Part shown: piece by piece, positions 8,388-18,237 of the stretch
Position numbering within the stretch: position 1 is the first letter of the stretch
How the letters are laid out: each line of letters starts with the position of its first letter
Source: an uncultured Candidatus Saccharibacteria bacterium
GTDB lineage: Bacteria; Patescibacteriota; Minisyncoccia; Phycocordibacterales; UBA9973
Direction: 5' to 3'
DNA length: 64,000 nucleotides
NCBI GenBank assembly: GCA_964646765.1
Contig: CAZYIA010000001.1
Span: forward strand, 65,334-129,333
Notes under the pieces: generated by a model
Database searches by the model: none
What the model saw: only the letters and a program-made list of their open reading frames with translations
What the model was told of the DNA's origin: nothing
Translations under genes and position numbers: made by a program

Positions 8388-11300
8388 ATGGCACAAAAAC
8401 CGAGTGAGTATAACCACCTCGCCATTGAGAAAAAATGGCAGAAAGAGTGGGAGAAAAAGAAAGTCTATAAAACTCTAGATCCCGGGAAAAAGAAAAAGCA
8501 TTACGTGCTTGATATGTTCCCGTATCCTTCTGGAGCCGGGCTTCATGTGGGCCATCCTCGTGGCTATATTGGCAGCGATGTATACGCGCGTTTGAAGCGC
8601 ATGCAAGGTTTTAACGTCCTTCATCCAATGGGCTACGATGCTTTTGGCCTCCCAGCTGAACAATTTGCCATTGCTAACAAAATTCACCCTCGCCAAGCCG
8701 TAGAAAAAAATGTCGCGACTTTTGAACGCCAACTTGGCATTATGGGCCTCTCGTATGATTGGTCGCGAAAAGTAAACACGACCGACCCCGCCTACTACAA
8801 ATGGACGCAGTGGATTTTTCTGAAACTCTACGGTGCTTGGTACGATACTGAAAAAAACAAAGCCCGACCAATAGAAGAACTGGTAAAAATTTTTGAAAAA
8901 AAGGGGAGTGCTGGAGTGAAAGCTGTAACTAATTATAGCGGCAGTTTTTCCGCAAGTGATTGGAAATCATTCTCAAAACTTGAACAACATAAGATTCTAA
9001 TGGAGTTTCGCTTAGCCTACGAAGGCTATAGCGATGTCAATTGGTCGCCATCAATGGGTACCGTACTTGCAAACGATGAAGTCCTAGATACTCCCAATGG
9101 TCCTGTGGCGGAACGTGACGGTAAGCCAGTAGAAAAAAAGCGTATGCGCCAGTGGTTTATGCGCATAACTTCTTATGCTGAGCGATTACTTGAAGGTTTA
9201 GATGGGCTTGATTGGAGCGAACATATAAAAGAAATACAGCGAAACTGGATTGGAAAAAGCGAGGGAAGCTTGCTCACCTTTTCACTGAGTACAAAAAGTG
9301 GTACGCAGCCGAAAAAGATTTTGGTTGGTACTCGAAATGAAGCAAAGTTCAAAATGGTAAAGGCTTGTTTGCCTAAGCTCTCGGGTATTGAAATCGTTAG
9401 CCTTAATGATATTGCCGCAGTTGATGATAGCGCCCTTGTTGAAGGATCAGACTATGAAGAAAATGCTCGAATGAAAGCCGAGTTTTACTTTAAGAAAACC
9501 GGCATTCCTACTATTTCAACCGATAATATTTTTTGGTTGGAAAAGTGGAAAAAGAACGATGGTGTGATGGTGCACATGCGCAAGGAAGCTAATCCGAAGA
9601 GTGATCGAGCAACAGATGAAGAAGTTGTTGCTTTCCTTAAAAAATGGGTAAAGAGTGTTGGTGGTAGCTCACGCGCGCATTTTCGTTATGCGGTTGCTTT
9701 TGCCGACACGCATGGCGTTCGAAGCTTTACTTCAAACCAGCGTGAGTATGTACTTCAAGGAAAACAGTCAAAGAAATTTTGGCCAGGATATCCAACTGAA
9801 TCATTACTTATTGATGTTGTGACTAAAGAGTATAAGGGTAGTCAAAAAGATTCTCTTCGCTATCAAAAACTAATTAAAGATTTTGCCCGTGAACTTCCAA
9901 TGTGGTTGGGGGAACTTTCACCAGTTTCAGTATTTACCACACGTGCGGATACTCTTGCCAGTGCTTTCGCAGTAATTCTCTCTCCTGAGCATCCTCTCGT
10001 AGCGAAACTACTCCCGCTTACTGAGAATGCTTTAGAGGTGAATGCGTATATACAAGAAGCAGGGAAGAAAACCGAAGAAGATCGCACAAATACTGAAAAA
10101 GAAAAAACGGGAGTGCCGCTCAAGGGGATTACAGCAACAAATCCATTAACCAAAGAAGTACTTCCAGTATGGGTTGCTGACTTCGTGCTCGCTCAGTATG
10201 GTACTGGAGCAATTTTTGCCGACATGCACGATGAACGCGACTTTATGTTTGCCCAGAAATATGGATTGCCAATGCGACAGTCAGTTGCTCCTCATTTTAT
10301 TGACCCGAGAAATCCACCACGACCGGGACTTCCCACAGTTGCTCGCCGCACAGTTCATGTCATTCTTCGCCGACCAAGTGATGATGCGTACTTAGTACTT
10401 AATTGGAAAGGTGATGTTTGGAAGGGTCAGAACCCACATACATTTATTGTTGGAGGAATTGAAGAAGGAGAAGATACTGTTCAATCAGCACAAAGAGAAG
10501 TTGTCGAAGAAACAGGCTACCAACATATTAGATATATCTCAACGATCGGTCCAGAAATACATGCTGAATTTTGTGCCGCGCACAAAAATGAAAACCGGTA
10601 TGCTACAACCCAAGTTCTTCTATTTGAATTAGTTGATGAAACTCAAGCCTCGGTAGCACAAGAAGAATTAGATAAACACGAGTATCTATGGCTTCCAAAA
10701 GCTGAAGTTGGAAATTATTTAAATATTTCTGAAGATACATTTATTTGGAAATGGTTTATCAGCGGACAGCAATCATTCACTGATGAAGGTATCCTGATTA
10801 ATTCAGGAGAATTTAATGGACTCAGTTCAGAAATTGCTCGCCACAAAATTACAGAAGCAGTTGGGGGATCGTGGGTAACTAAATACAAAATGCGTGACGC
10901 TGTGTTTGCTCGCCAGCGGTACTGGGGTGAACCAATTCCGCTCGTTCATAACGCCGACGGTACAATTACGCCAGTTCCAGAAAAGAAATTACCACTGACG
11001 CTGCCGAACGTTAAAAGTTATGAACCAACCGGTACTGGCGAGAGCCCTCTAGCAGCAGTTTCATCTTGGGTTAAAGGGGGATACGAAACAAACACTATGC
11101 CGGGTTGGGCGGGTAGTTCATGGTACTTCCTGCGCTACATGGATCCCAAAAACAGCAAAGCTTTTGCAAGTGATAAGGCGCTGAAATACTGGCGCGATGT
11201 TGATATGTATGTTGGCGGTGCTGAGCATGCTACGGGACACCTTCTCTATGCTCGGTTCTGGCATAAAGCGCTCTATGATTTAGGATACGTACCAACAACT

Positions 11301-12035
11301 GAACCATTTAAAGCACTTCGTAACCAGGGAATGATTGGCGGCGCTGATGGAAGAAAAATGAGTAAGCGATGGGGAAACGTGGTAAATCCGGATGATGTTG
11401 TGGCAACCTACGGTGCTGATTCACTGCGTGTTTTTGAGATGTTTTTGGGACCATTCGATTCACATTTGCCATGGTCAACAGAAGGGATTATTGGTTCCCG
11501 ACGATTTATTGAAAAAGTATGGCGATTATCTCAAAAAATAATTATTGCACGCGCAACGAGTACTGATGAAAGTGCGGAAAAAGTAATCCATAAAACAGTA
11601 AAGAAAGTAACCGAAGATATTGAGAGCTTTAGTTTTAATACCGCGGTCTCATCGATGATGATTTGTGTGAATGAACTTGAACGAGCGACACAGGTTTCAT
11701 TGAAAGATTTCTCTCTTCTCCTTCGAGTGCTTGCTCCGTTTGCTCCGCATATTACTGAAGAAATCTGGCAATTAGTAGTGAAAGAAAAGGGAAGCGTACA
11801 TCATGCGTCATGGCCAACCTACGATCCTAAGAAACTGGTTGAAGCCACGGTTACCATTGTTGTTTCGATAAACGGTAAACCACGAGCAGAAATTAGTGTA
11901 GAAACTGGGGCATCTCAAGAAATAGTGGAAAGTATCGCCCAAAATGATCCACGGATACAGACTCATCTGGCAGGTAAAAAAATAACTCGGGTTATTTACG
12001 TCCCAAATAAACTGGTCAATCTAGTCATAGTCTAG
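8388..12035 (+). CDS. leuS: Leucyl-tRNA synthetase with inserted Ham1/ITPase-like and NUDIX domains
   Basis: HVGHPRGY (HIGH), editing-domain TTRADT, KMSKR, and C-terminal VIYVPNKLVNLV all align to E. coli LeuRS. Two extra in-frame blocks (aa ~301-512 and ~636-800) bring the length to 1215 aa versus ~860. Confidence 0.95.
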   Translation: MAQKPSEYNHLAIEKKWQKEWEKKKVYKTLDPGKKKKHYVLDMFPYPSGAGLHVGHPRGYIGSDVYARLKRMQGFNVLHPMGYDAFGLPAEQFAIANKIHPRQAVEKNVATFERQLGIMGLSYDWSRKVNTTDPAYYKWTQWIFLKLYGAWYDTEKNKARPIEELVKIFEKKGSAGVKAVTNYSGSFSASDWKSFSKLEQHKILMEFRLAYEGYSDVNWSPSMGTVLANDEVLDTPNGPVAERDGKPVEKKRMRQWFMRITSYAERLLEGLDGLDWSEHIKEIQRNWIGKSEGSLLTFSLSTKSGTQPKKILVGTRNEAKFKMVKACLPKLSGIEIVSLNDIAAVDDSALVEGSDYEENARMKAEFYFKKTGIPTISTDNIFWLEKWKKNDGVMVHMRKEANPKSDRATDEEVVAFLKKWVKSVGGSSRAHFRYAVAFADTHGVRSFTSNQREYVLQGKQSKKFWPGYPTESLLIDVVTKEYKGSQKDSLRYQKLIKDFARELPMWLGELSPVSVFTTRADTLASAFAVILSPEHPLVAKLLPLTENALEVNAYIQEAGKKTEEDRTNTEKEKTGVPLKGITATNPLTKEVLPVWVADFVLAQYGTGAIFADMHDERDFMFAQKYGLPMRQSVAPHFIDPRNPPRPGLPTVARRTVHVILRRPSDDAYLVLNWKGDVWKGQNPHTFIVGGIEEGEDTVQSAQREVVEETGYQHIRYISTIGPEIHAEFCAAHKNENRYATTQVLLFELVDETQASVAQEELDKHEYLWLPKAEVGNYLNISEDTFIWKWFISGQQSFTDEGILINSGEFNGLSSEIARHKITEAVGGSWVTKYKMRDAVFARQRYWGEPIPLVHNADGTITPVPEKKLPLTLPNVKSYEPTGTGESPLAAVSSWVKGGYETNTMPGWAGSSWYFLRYMDPKNSKAFASDKALKYWRDVDMYVGGAEHATGHLLYARFWHKALYDLGYVPTTEPFKALRNQGMIGGADGRKMSKRWGNVVNPDDVVATYGADSLRVFEMFLGPFDSHLPWSTEGIIGSRRFIEKVWRLSQKIIIARATSTDESAEKVIHKTVKKVTEDIESFSFNTAVSSMMICVNELERATQVSLKDFSLLLRVLAPFAPHITEEIWQLVVKEKGSVHHASWPTYDPKKLVEATVTIVVSINGKPRAEISVETGASQEIVESIAQNDPRIQTHLAGKKITRVIYVPNKLVNLVIV

Positions 12036-12061
12036 GAGCTAGTGGTATACTTTGGCTATCT

Positions 12062-14422
12062 ATGAATAGTCAAAGTATGTCCGGAGACAATAGTCTGGGT
12101 CGAGCTGTTTTCTTTGATAAAGTTGCTGCAACCCTTTTCATTATCGTTGCAGCATTATCACCCTTATTCTTTATTCCATCACTTGGTCTACCCGTTGACC
12201 TCTCAAAAATTTACTTTTTGATTTTTGGAGTTTTACTAGTTTTTCTTAGTTGGATTATTGCTCGCCTTGTTGATGGGGCAATTACAGTTCCAAAGACACC
12301 AATTCTTCTTTCCGCCGTCATTGTTCCGGTAGCGTTTCTAGTATCTGCGCTATTTTCTCCAGCACCAGCAGTCTCTTTTGCGGGAACATCTTTTGGTATT
12401 GGTAGTGTGGCAGTGATCTTATTACTCACACTCTCGTTTCTAGGTAGTGTTCTCTACCTTAACTCGCCACATCGGGTATCTTTCTTCTTAAAAATTATTT
12501 TAGGAAGTACTTTGGTTATTGCGCTCTTTCAGATTACCTATTTGTTTTTTGGTTTAACCCACCTGCATTTTGGTACATTCTATTCAAACATTTCTAATCT
12601 TGTTGGTCGGTGGAATGATCTGGGTATCTTCTTTGGAGCTGTTGCTCTTGGATCCATTACACTTCTTGAGATCGCGGAGCTTTCGCGCATGAAACGAGTA
12701 GGTCTCTGGTTACTCTTCGTGCTCTCACTTTTTTTCCTCGCGTTGGTTAATTTCCCACTTCTTTGGGGTATTCTTGCGGCATTCTCAATCTTACTATTAG
12801 TGTACGCACTTACGGTTCTTCGGCCACGCAGAGAAGGATCCGCAATGCATTTTCCTGTCGCGGCTTTTGTTGCAGTTTTAGTTGCTCTGTTGTTTCTTAT
12901 TGCTAATCCAATTGTTGGAACTATCCTGCCACGATTTTTTGGTGTTTCGTCTGCTGAAGTACGACCTTCTATTGTTGCTACCGCTTCCGTGACATGGCAA
13001 TCACTCAAACAAAGTCCGATTGTTGGCGTTGGCCCTAATCGTTTTGAGAATGCTTGGCTTATGTATCGGCCAAACCAGGTTATCGCAACCGATTTTTGGG
13101 ATACTGGATTTACTTCTGGCTTTGGCTTAATCCCTTCATTTATTGCTACCACTGGAGTATTAGGAACTCTCGCTATTCTTGCATTCCTCCTTCTTTTCTT
13201 TATTGCAGGCATTTTGCACGTATTCCGTTCTCATGAAAATAAAGGAACTCAAACCCTGATGCTCCTTTCATTTATTCTGGCTACGTACGCTTGGATTGTA
13301 GCGCTTGCGTATAATCCCGGAATTGTGGGTGTCATGACCGCTTTCGTATTTTCGGGAATGTTCATTGGTTTATTGGGATATACGAAAGCTATTCCAGTAG
13401 TACGTCGTTCGTTCCTAGAAGATCCTCGAAAGAGCTTTTTCTCAATTTTGGCTCTTGTTGCCATTCTTATTCTGGCACTCGCAGCGCTCTTTATTGGTAC
13501 TGAGAAGTTTATTGCACTTTCTTCATATGCTCGTGGTGTTCAAGCACTTTCCAAAAACGATATGACATCTGCTGAAACACTATTAACACGCGCAGCAACA
13601 CTTAATCCGAGCGATCTCTATTACCGTGGTCTCGCGTCACTTCGTTTAGCGCAAATAAAAAAACTGGTCACTACTCCGAATGTCTCTCAAGATGTTCTCA
13701 AGCAAAATTTTCAAACGCTCTTTAGTGCTGCTGAGGGTGCCGCTCAAAACGCTGTTCACTACGATAAAACAAATCCGGCAAACTGGGTGGCTCTCGGGTC
13801 TCTCTATGAAAGCGTAGTACCGTTTGGTGTTTCTGGTGCATATACCAATGCAAAGCAGGCATACGAAGAGGCTCGAAAGCTTTCTCCTCAAAATCCTGGT
13901 TTTGATCTCTTGCGTGCGCAACTGGAAGTTGATAACAAGAATCTCGCTGATGCAAAAACATTTGCTGAACAGGCAATTGCCGCGAAAGCAAACTTTGTTT
14001 CTGGTTATATTCTCCTGGCACAAATTAATTCAGCCCTTGGTGATTCAGCTTCTGCAGAAGCAAATCTTGAGAAAGCAGTCATGGTTGCTCCAACTGACAC
14101 AAACGCTAATTTGGAGCTTGGCTTGTTTAAATTTAAAGCAAATGATTTCCAAGGAGCGATTCCGTCACTTGAGCGTGCTCTGTACCTCGATCGCTCATCG
14201 GCAACCGCTGCATACTTCCTCGGTCTTTCCTACGATAAAGTAGGCAGAACGACAGATGCGCTTGCTGTTTTCACCGCTCTCGAAAAGGCATTTCCAAATG
14301 ACACCGTTCTCCCTAAAATTGTTGCAAACTTACAGGCAGGGAAGAGCGCTCTCGATAGTTTAGTAGCAGCACCTGAACCGGTAAAAGCCGAAGAGGATAA
14401 AAAGACTACTACAAAAAAATAG
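12062..14422 (+). CDS. O-antigen ligase (Wzy_C)-like polytopic membrane protein with C-terminal TPR repeats
   Basis: ~12 TM helices in the N-terminal 480 aa, then TPR-like repeats (LGSLYE, ALYLD); an architecture common in CPR. Confidence 0.55.
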   Translation: MNSQSMSGDNSLGRAVFFDKVAATLFIIVAALSPLFFIPSLGLPVDLSKIYFLIFGVLLVFLSWIIARLVDGAITVPKTPILLSAVIVPVAFLVSALFSPAPAVSFAGTSFGIGSVAVILLLTLSFLGSVLYLNSPHRVSFFLKIILGSTLVIALFQITYLFFGLTHLHFGTFYSNISNLVGRWNDLGIFFGAVALGSITLLEIAELSRMKRVGLWLLFVLSLFFLALVNFPLLWGILAAFSILLLVYALTVLRPRREGSAMHFPVAAFVAVLVALLFLIANPIVGTILPRFFGVSSAEVRPSIVATASVTWQSLKQSPIVGVGPNRFENAWLMYRPNQVIATDFWDTGFTSGFGLIPSFIATTGVLGTLAILAFLLLFFIAGILHVFRSHENKGTQTLMLLSFILATYAWIVALAYNPGIVGVMTAFVFSGMFIGLLGYTKAIPVVRRSFLEDPRKSFFSILALVAILILALAALFIGTEKFIALSSYARGVQALSKNDMTSAETLLTRAATLNPSDLYYRGLASLRLAQIKKLVTTPNVSQDVLKQNFQTLFSAAEGAAQNAVHYDKTNPANWVALGSLYESVVPFGVSGAYTNAKQAYEEARKLSPQNPGFDLLRAQLEVDNKNLADAKTFAEQAIAAKANFVSGYILLAQINSALGDSASAEANLEKAVMVAPTDTNANLELGLFKFKANDFQGAIPSLERALYLDRSSATAAYFLGLSYDKVGRTTDALAVFTALEKAFPNDTVLPKIVANLQAGKSALDSLVAAPEPVKAEEDKKTTTKK

Positions 14423-14434
14423 TTCTGATTCATC

Positions 14435-16117
14435 ATGGTTAAGCGCCTCTTTTCGGTCATCACAAAACGGTACGGTGGTATTCATGAGGCAGCCATTTTG
14501 CTTGCCGTTTTCTCTATTCTTTCTCAAGTGCTTGGCCTTGTTCGTGATCGTCTATTAGTTCACTATATTGGCCCAGGACCAGTACTCGACGTCTATTACG
14601 CTGCCTTTAAAGTACCCGATCTCATTTTTGCCTTTGTTGGCTCTCTGGTTACGGTAACAGCAATTGTGCCTTTTGTTGTTGAGCGAATGAAAAAAGGCGG
14701 CATGGATAGTACTCGTGAGTTTATTGCTGAACTTACAACGGCTTTTATCGTTGTTATGGGGTTTGTGTTATTTACGGCATATGCGTTCATGCCACTTCTT
14801 GCAAACGTTGTAGCTCCTGGATTTACTGATGCCCAGCATCATCAACTAATCATGATTTCCCGAATCATGCTTATTTCACCGATGCTCTTTGGCCTCCAAA
14901 ACTTATTTGGCAGTATTAACCAAGTATTCAAAAAATTCTTCGTTTTTGCAGCTTCACCAGTACTTTATAACGTTGGAATTATTATTGGTATTCTTTTTCT
15001 TTTGCCACGGTATGGGTTGCTTGGTTTAGCATTCGGGGTTGTTATCGGTGCAGTACTCTATATTGTGGTGCAGCTTTTGAGTGCTCGAAGTCTAGGTTTT
15101 CCATTTAAACTCACTCTTTCACTTTCATATCGAGATTTGTATCGAGTAACTCGAACAGCACTTCCACGAGCACTCACATTTGGCATGAGTACTTTTGTTG
15201 TCTTTATCATGACTGGACTTGCATCCAAAATTGAATCCGGAAGTATTTCAATTATGACCTTTGCAATTAATATTCAAACTTTCCCAATTGGCTTTATCGG
15301 AAGTTCATATGCTATTGCTGCATTTCCGACAATGACCGAAGTGTGGGCAAAAGGGGAGAAGGAAAAATTTTTTGAGGTGATTCGTTCCAGTTGTCAACAA
15401 ATTCTTTTTTGGACGCTGCCGCTTACAGCATTGTTTATTGTTCTTCGAGCCCAAATTGTCCGTGTGATTTATGGCTCAAGTCAGCTTTCGTGGAATGACA
15501 CTAAACTTACCGCAGCTCTCTTTGCAATTCTGTGTATTGGTATCGCAGCTCAAAGCATGGTTCTTGTTTTTGTTCGTGCCTATTACGCTACAGGCAGTAC
15601 CCGAAAGCCGTTTTATCTAGCAATTCTCACTACAAGTTTTACGGTTATTTTTGCTCTTGTTTTTCTCTCACTTTTTCATGCGTTTCCAAAGTTTGAACTT
15701 GTTCTAGAGTATCTCTTACGTGTTTCTGGAGGGCATGGCACCGATATCTTGGCTCTTGGTTTTGGCTATCTTGCTGGTAATTTACTTTCTCTTACTCTTT
15801 TTCTTATTCTCTTTGCACGAGATTTTGGTCTCTCATTTCTTTCACCACTTTTGTCTACGTTTGCAAAAACTGGTGCAGCTTCAGTTGTTGCCGGTGTTGT
15901 AACCTACGGATCACTTCAATTACTCGGTGGACCACTTGAACTTTCAACCTTTTGGGGAATCCTTCTTGATGGTACGACCGCTGGCGCGGTAGGGACTCTT
16001 GCGGCGATCGCTTTTCTTGCCCTCGTGCGTTCGGAAGAGCTCTTTATTTTTGCTCGGGCTCTTCGCTCCAAGTTCTGGAAATCTGAGGTGGTTACTCCTG
16101 CGCCGGGGACCGAATAG
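14435..16117 (+). CDS. murJ: Lipid II flippase MurJ (MviN family)
   Basis: N-terminal LSQVLGLVRDRLL...YYAAFKVPDLIF pattern typical of MurJ/MviN; 14 TM helices. Confidence 0.85.
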   Translation: MVKRLFSVITKRYGGIHEAAILLAVFSILSQVLGLVRDRLLVHYIGPGPVLDVYYAAFKVPDLIFAFVGSLVTVTAIVPFVVERMKKGGMDSTREFIAELTTAFIVVMGFVLFTAYAFMPLLANVVAPGFTDAQHHQLIMISRIMLISPMLFGLQNLFGSINQVFKKFFVFAASPVLYNVGIIIGILFLLPRYGLLGLAFGVVIGAVLYIVVQLLSARSLGFPFKLTLSLSYRDLYRVTRTALPRALTFGMSTFVVFIMTGLASKIESGSISIMTFAINIQTFPIGFIGSSYAIAAFPTMTEVWAKGEKEKFFEVIRSSCQQILFWTLPLTALFIVLRAQIVRVIYGSSQLSWNDTKLTAALFAILCIGIAAQSMVLVFVRAYYATGSTRKPFYLAILTTSFTVIFALVFLSLFHAFPKFELVLEYLLRVSGGHGTDILALGFGYLAGNLLSLTLFLILFARDFGLSFLSPLLSTFAKTGAASVVAGVVTYGSLQLLGGPLELSTFWGILLDGTTAGAVGTLAAIAFLALVRSEELFIFARALRSKFWKSEVVTPAPGTE

Positions 16118-16186
16118 TCAATAAGCTTTCTCTTTAGGCGTTTTCTGCTAGTATACGAGGGAGCGGCGGAAACGCCCTCTTTTACT

Positions 16187-17992
16187 ATGGATTCTAAGCA
16201 TATTCGTAATTTTTCCATCATTGCCCATATTGACCACGGTAAATCGACTCTTGCCGATCGAATGCTTGAACTTACAGGCACTATAGAAGCCCGTAAAATG
16301 CGCGACCAGGTGCTTGATACCATGGAGCTTGAAAAAGAGCGGGGGATCACCATTAAAATGACTCCTGTGCGCATGGAACACAAGGTAGGGAACAATACCT
16401 ACATTTTAAACCTCATTGATACCCCAGGGCATATCGACTTCGCTTACGAAGTATCTCGAGCGCTCCGGGCGGTGGAAGGTTCGGTGCTTTTGGTGGATTC
16501 TACCCAGGGTGTACAAGCTCAAACGCTTACTACGCTTGCTATGGCTCGTGAAGCTGGGCTCGTGATTATTCCTGCAATCTCAAAAGTTGATTCACCGCTT
16601 GCTCGTATTGATGAAACAAAGTTAGAAATTGCAGCAGTTTTAAATATTGATCCTGAAACCGTTTTGGAAGTATCTGGCCGCACTGGCCAAGGCGTTGCCG
16701 AACTTCTTCAGGCAATTATTGATCGTATACCACCACCAAAAGAAAATACCGGAAAAGGCCTTCAGGCGCTGGTGTTCGATTTTAAATATGATGATCATCG
16801 TGGTGTGATCGTCTACTCACGTTTGTTTTCTGGTACTGCGATGCGTCATGACAGTATTCGGTTCGCTGCTTCAAATGAGCAGTTTCAAGCGCTGGAGGTT
16901 GGAACATTCTCTCCACAAGAAGTGCCCAAATCAAAACTTTCTGCTGGTGAAATTGGTTACATTGTGACAGGTATTAAACGACCTGGTGTTGCTTCTGTTG
17001 GTGATACTTTGGTTTCTCCTCGTGAACCATTGCCGCCACTTCCGGGTTATATGCAGCCGCGGCCTGTGGTCTGGGCGTCAGTCTATCCAGAAAGCCAGGA
17101 CGATTTCCCAGCTCTTAAGTTGGCTCTTGGCCGATTGCGTCTTTCCGATTCTTCACTTTCGTACGAAGAAGAAAATTCTGGTGCCCTTGGTCGCGGTTAT
17201 CGCTGTGGTTTTCTTGGCATGTTACATCTTGAAATTATTTCTGAACGTTTGCGCCGAGAATTTTCACTTGAGCTCATTATGACGACACCCTCGATTACGT
17301 ATGAAGTTGAGCTTACCAATGGTAAACGAGAAATTGTCTACTCTCCACACCTCTTTCCGAATGATGGAACTATAAAGAAGGTTTTTGAACCCTGGGCAAA
17401 GATTCAAGTTATTACACCTCAAAGCTACCTTGCCGCGCTTATGCCATTGTTTTTTGAGCACGAAGCAGAAGTGGGAGAAACAGAAAATTTCGGTGAAGGC
17501 CGAACCGCAGTGCATGTACTCATGCCGCTCCGTGAAATGATGCGTAACTTTTTCGACGAGTTAAAGAGTGTGACGTCAGGTTATGCTTCGATTTCGTACG
17601 ATATTGGAGCATTACGCGAAGCAGATGTTACTCGTCTTGATATTGTAGTAGCGAATGAGGTAGTACCGGCATTTTCCCGTGTGGTTTCCAAAAAGCGTTT
17701 ACAGGAAGAGGCAGAAACAAGCGTAGAAAAATTACACTCCATTTTGCCGCGCCAAATGTTTGAAACGAAAGTCCAAGGAGTGGCAAACGGCCGCATTTTG
17801 TCATCGCGCACTATCAAAGCATTCCGAAAAGATGTTACCGGGTACCTGTATGGCGGCGACTATACCCGCAAAATGAAGCTTTTGGAAAAGCAAAAGAAGG
17901 GAAAGAAGAAAATGAAGGAACGCGGATCGGTAAATATCCCGCACGATGTCTTTCTAAAAATGATGCAGAGCGGAAAAGGGGATAAAAACTAA
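16187..17992 (+). CDS. lepA: Elongation factor 4 (LepA)
   Basis: IRNFSIIAHIDHGKSTLADR G1 motif, DTPGH, and the LepA-specific C-terminal domain. Confidence 0.95.
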   Translation: MDSKHIRNFSIIAHIDHGKSTLADRMLELTGTIEARKMRDQVLDTMELEKERGITIKMTPVRMEHKVGNNTYILNLIDTPGHIDFAYEVSRALRAVEGSVLLVDSTQGVQAQTLTTLAMAREAGLVIIPAISKVDSPLARIDETKLEIAAVLNIDPETVLEVSGRTGQGVAELLQAIIDRIPPPKENTGKGLQALVFDFKYDDHRGVIVYSRLFSGTAMRHDSIRFAASNEQFQALEVGTFSPQEVPKSKLSAGEIGYIVTGIKRPGVASVGDTLVSPREPLPPLPGYMQPRPVVWASVYPESQDDFPALKLALGRLRLSDSSLSYEEENSGALGRGYRCGFLGMLHLEIISERLRREFSLELIMTTPSITYEVELTNGKREIVYSPHLFPNDGTIKKVFEPWAKIQVITPQSYLAALMPLFFEHEAEVGETENFGEGRTAVHVLMPLREMMRNFFDELKSVTSGYASISYDIGALREADVTRLDIVVANEVVPAFSRVVSKKRLQEEAETSVEKLHSILPRQMFETKVQGVANGRILSSRTIKAFRKDVTGYLYGGDYTRKMKLLEKQKKGKKKMKERGSVNIPHDVFLKMMQSGKGDKN

Positions 17993-18017
17993 AAAACACC
18001 TCGAGAGGTGTTTTTTA
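17991..18017 (+). terminator. Rho-independent terminator after lepA
   Basis: Hairpin cacctcgagaggtg followed by tttttt. Confidence 0.7.
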
Positions 18018-18237
18018 GTGCTGTTATCGGAACAAGCTTGGCATGTAGAGGGCGATCATTGAGAGAATCACTAAGACTGAGATCATTCCCCAGATCATAC
18101 GCACCTTTTTTTGATTTTTTGGGTTAAAAAGCATATTGCAAAACGCGACGTAGTTCCGTATGCTACCCGAGTACAAGCTTTTATTGTACAAGTAACTTAC
18201 AGTTGGTCGATTAAGGATATGGAGCACTATACACCTC

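Noticed and set aside
9863-10153. Antisense and alternative-frame ORFs inside long genes (e.g. 9863-10153 -, 12580-13212 -, 23584-23952 +, 53877-54197 -, 55501-55935 -)
   Set aside because: They overlap confidently assigned conserved genes on the other strand or frame and have no motifs. The low-complexity compositions are typical of spurious ORFs.
9288-10787. LeuRS extra segments considered as inteins
   Set aside because: No Cys/Ser/Thr at the N-junction and no His-Asn at the C-junction. The segments have clear enzyme-fold signatures (Ham1-like, a Nudix box) rather than Hint or homing-endonuclease motifs.
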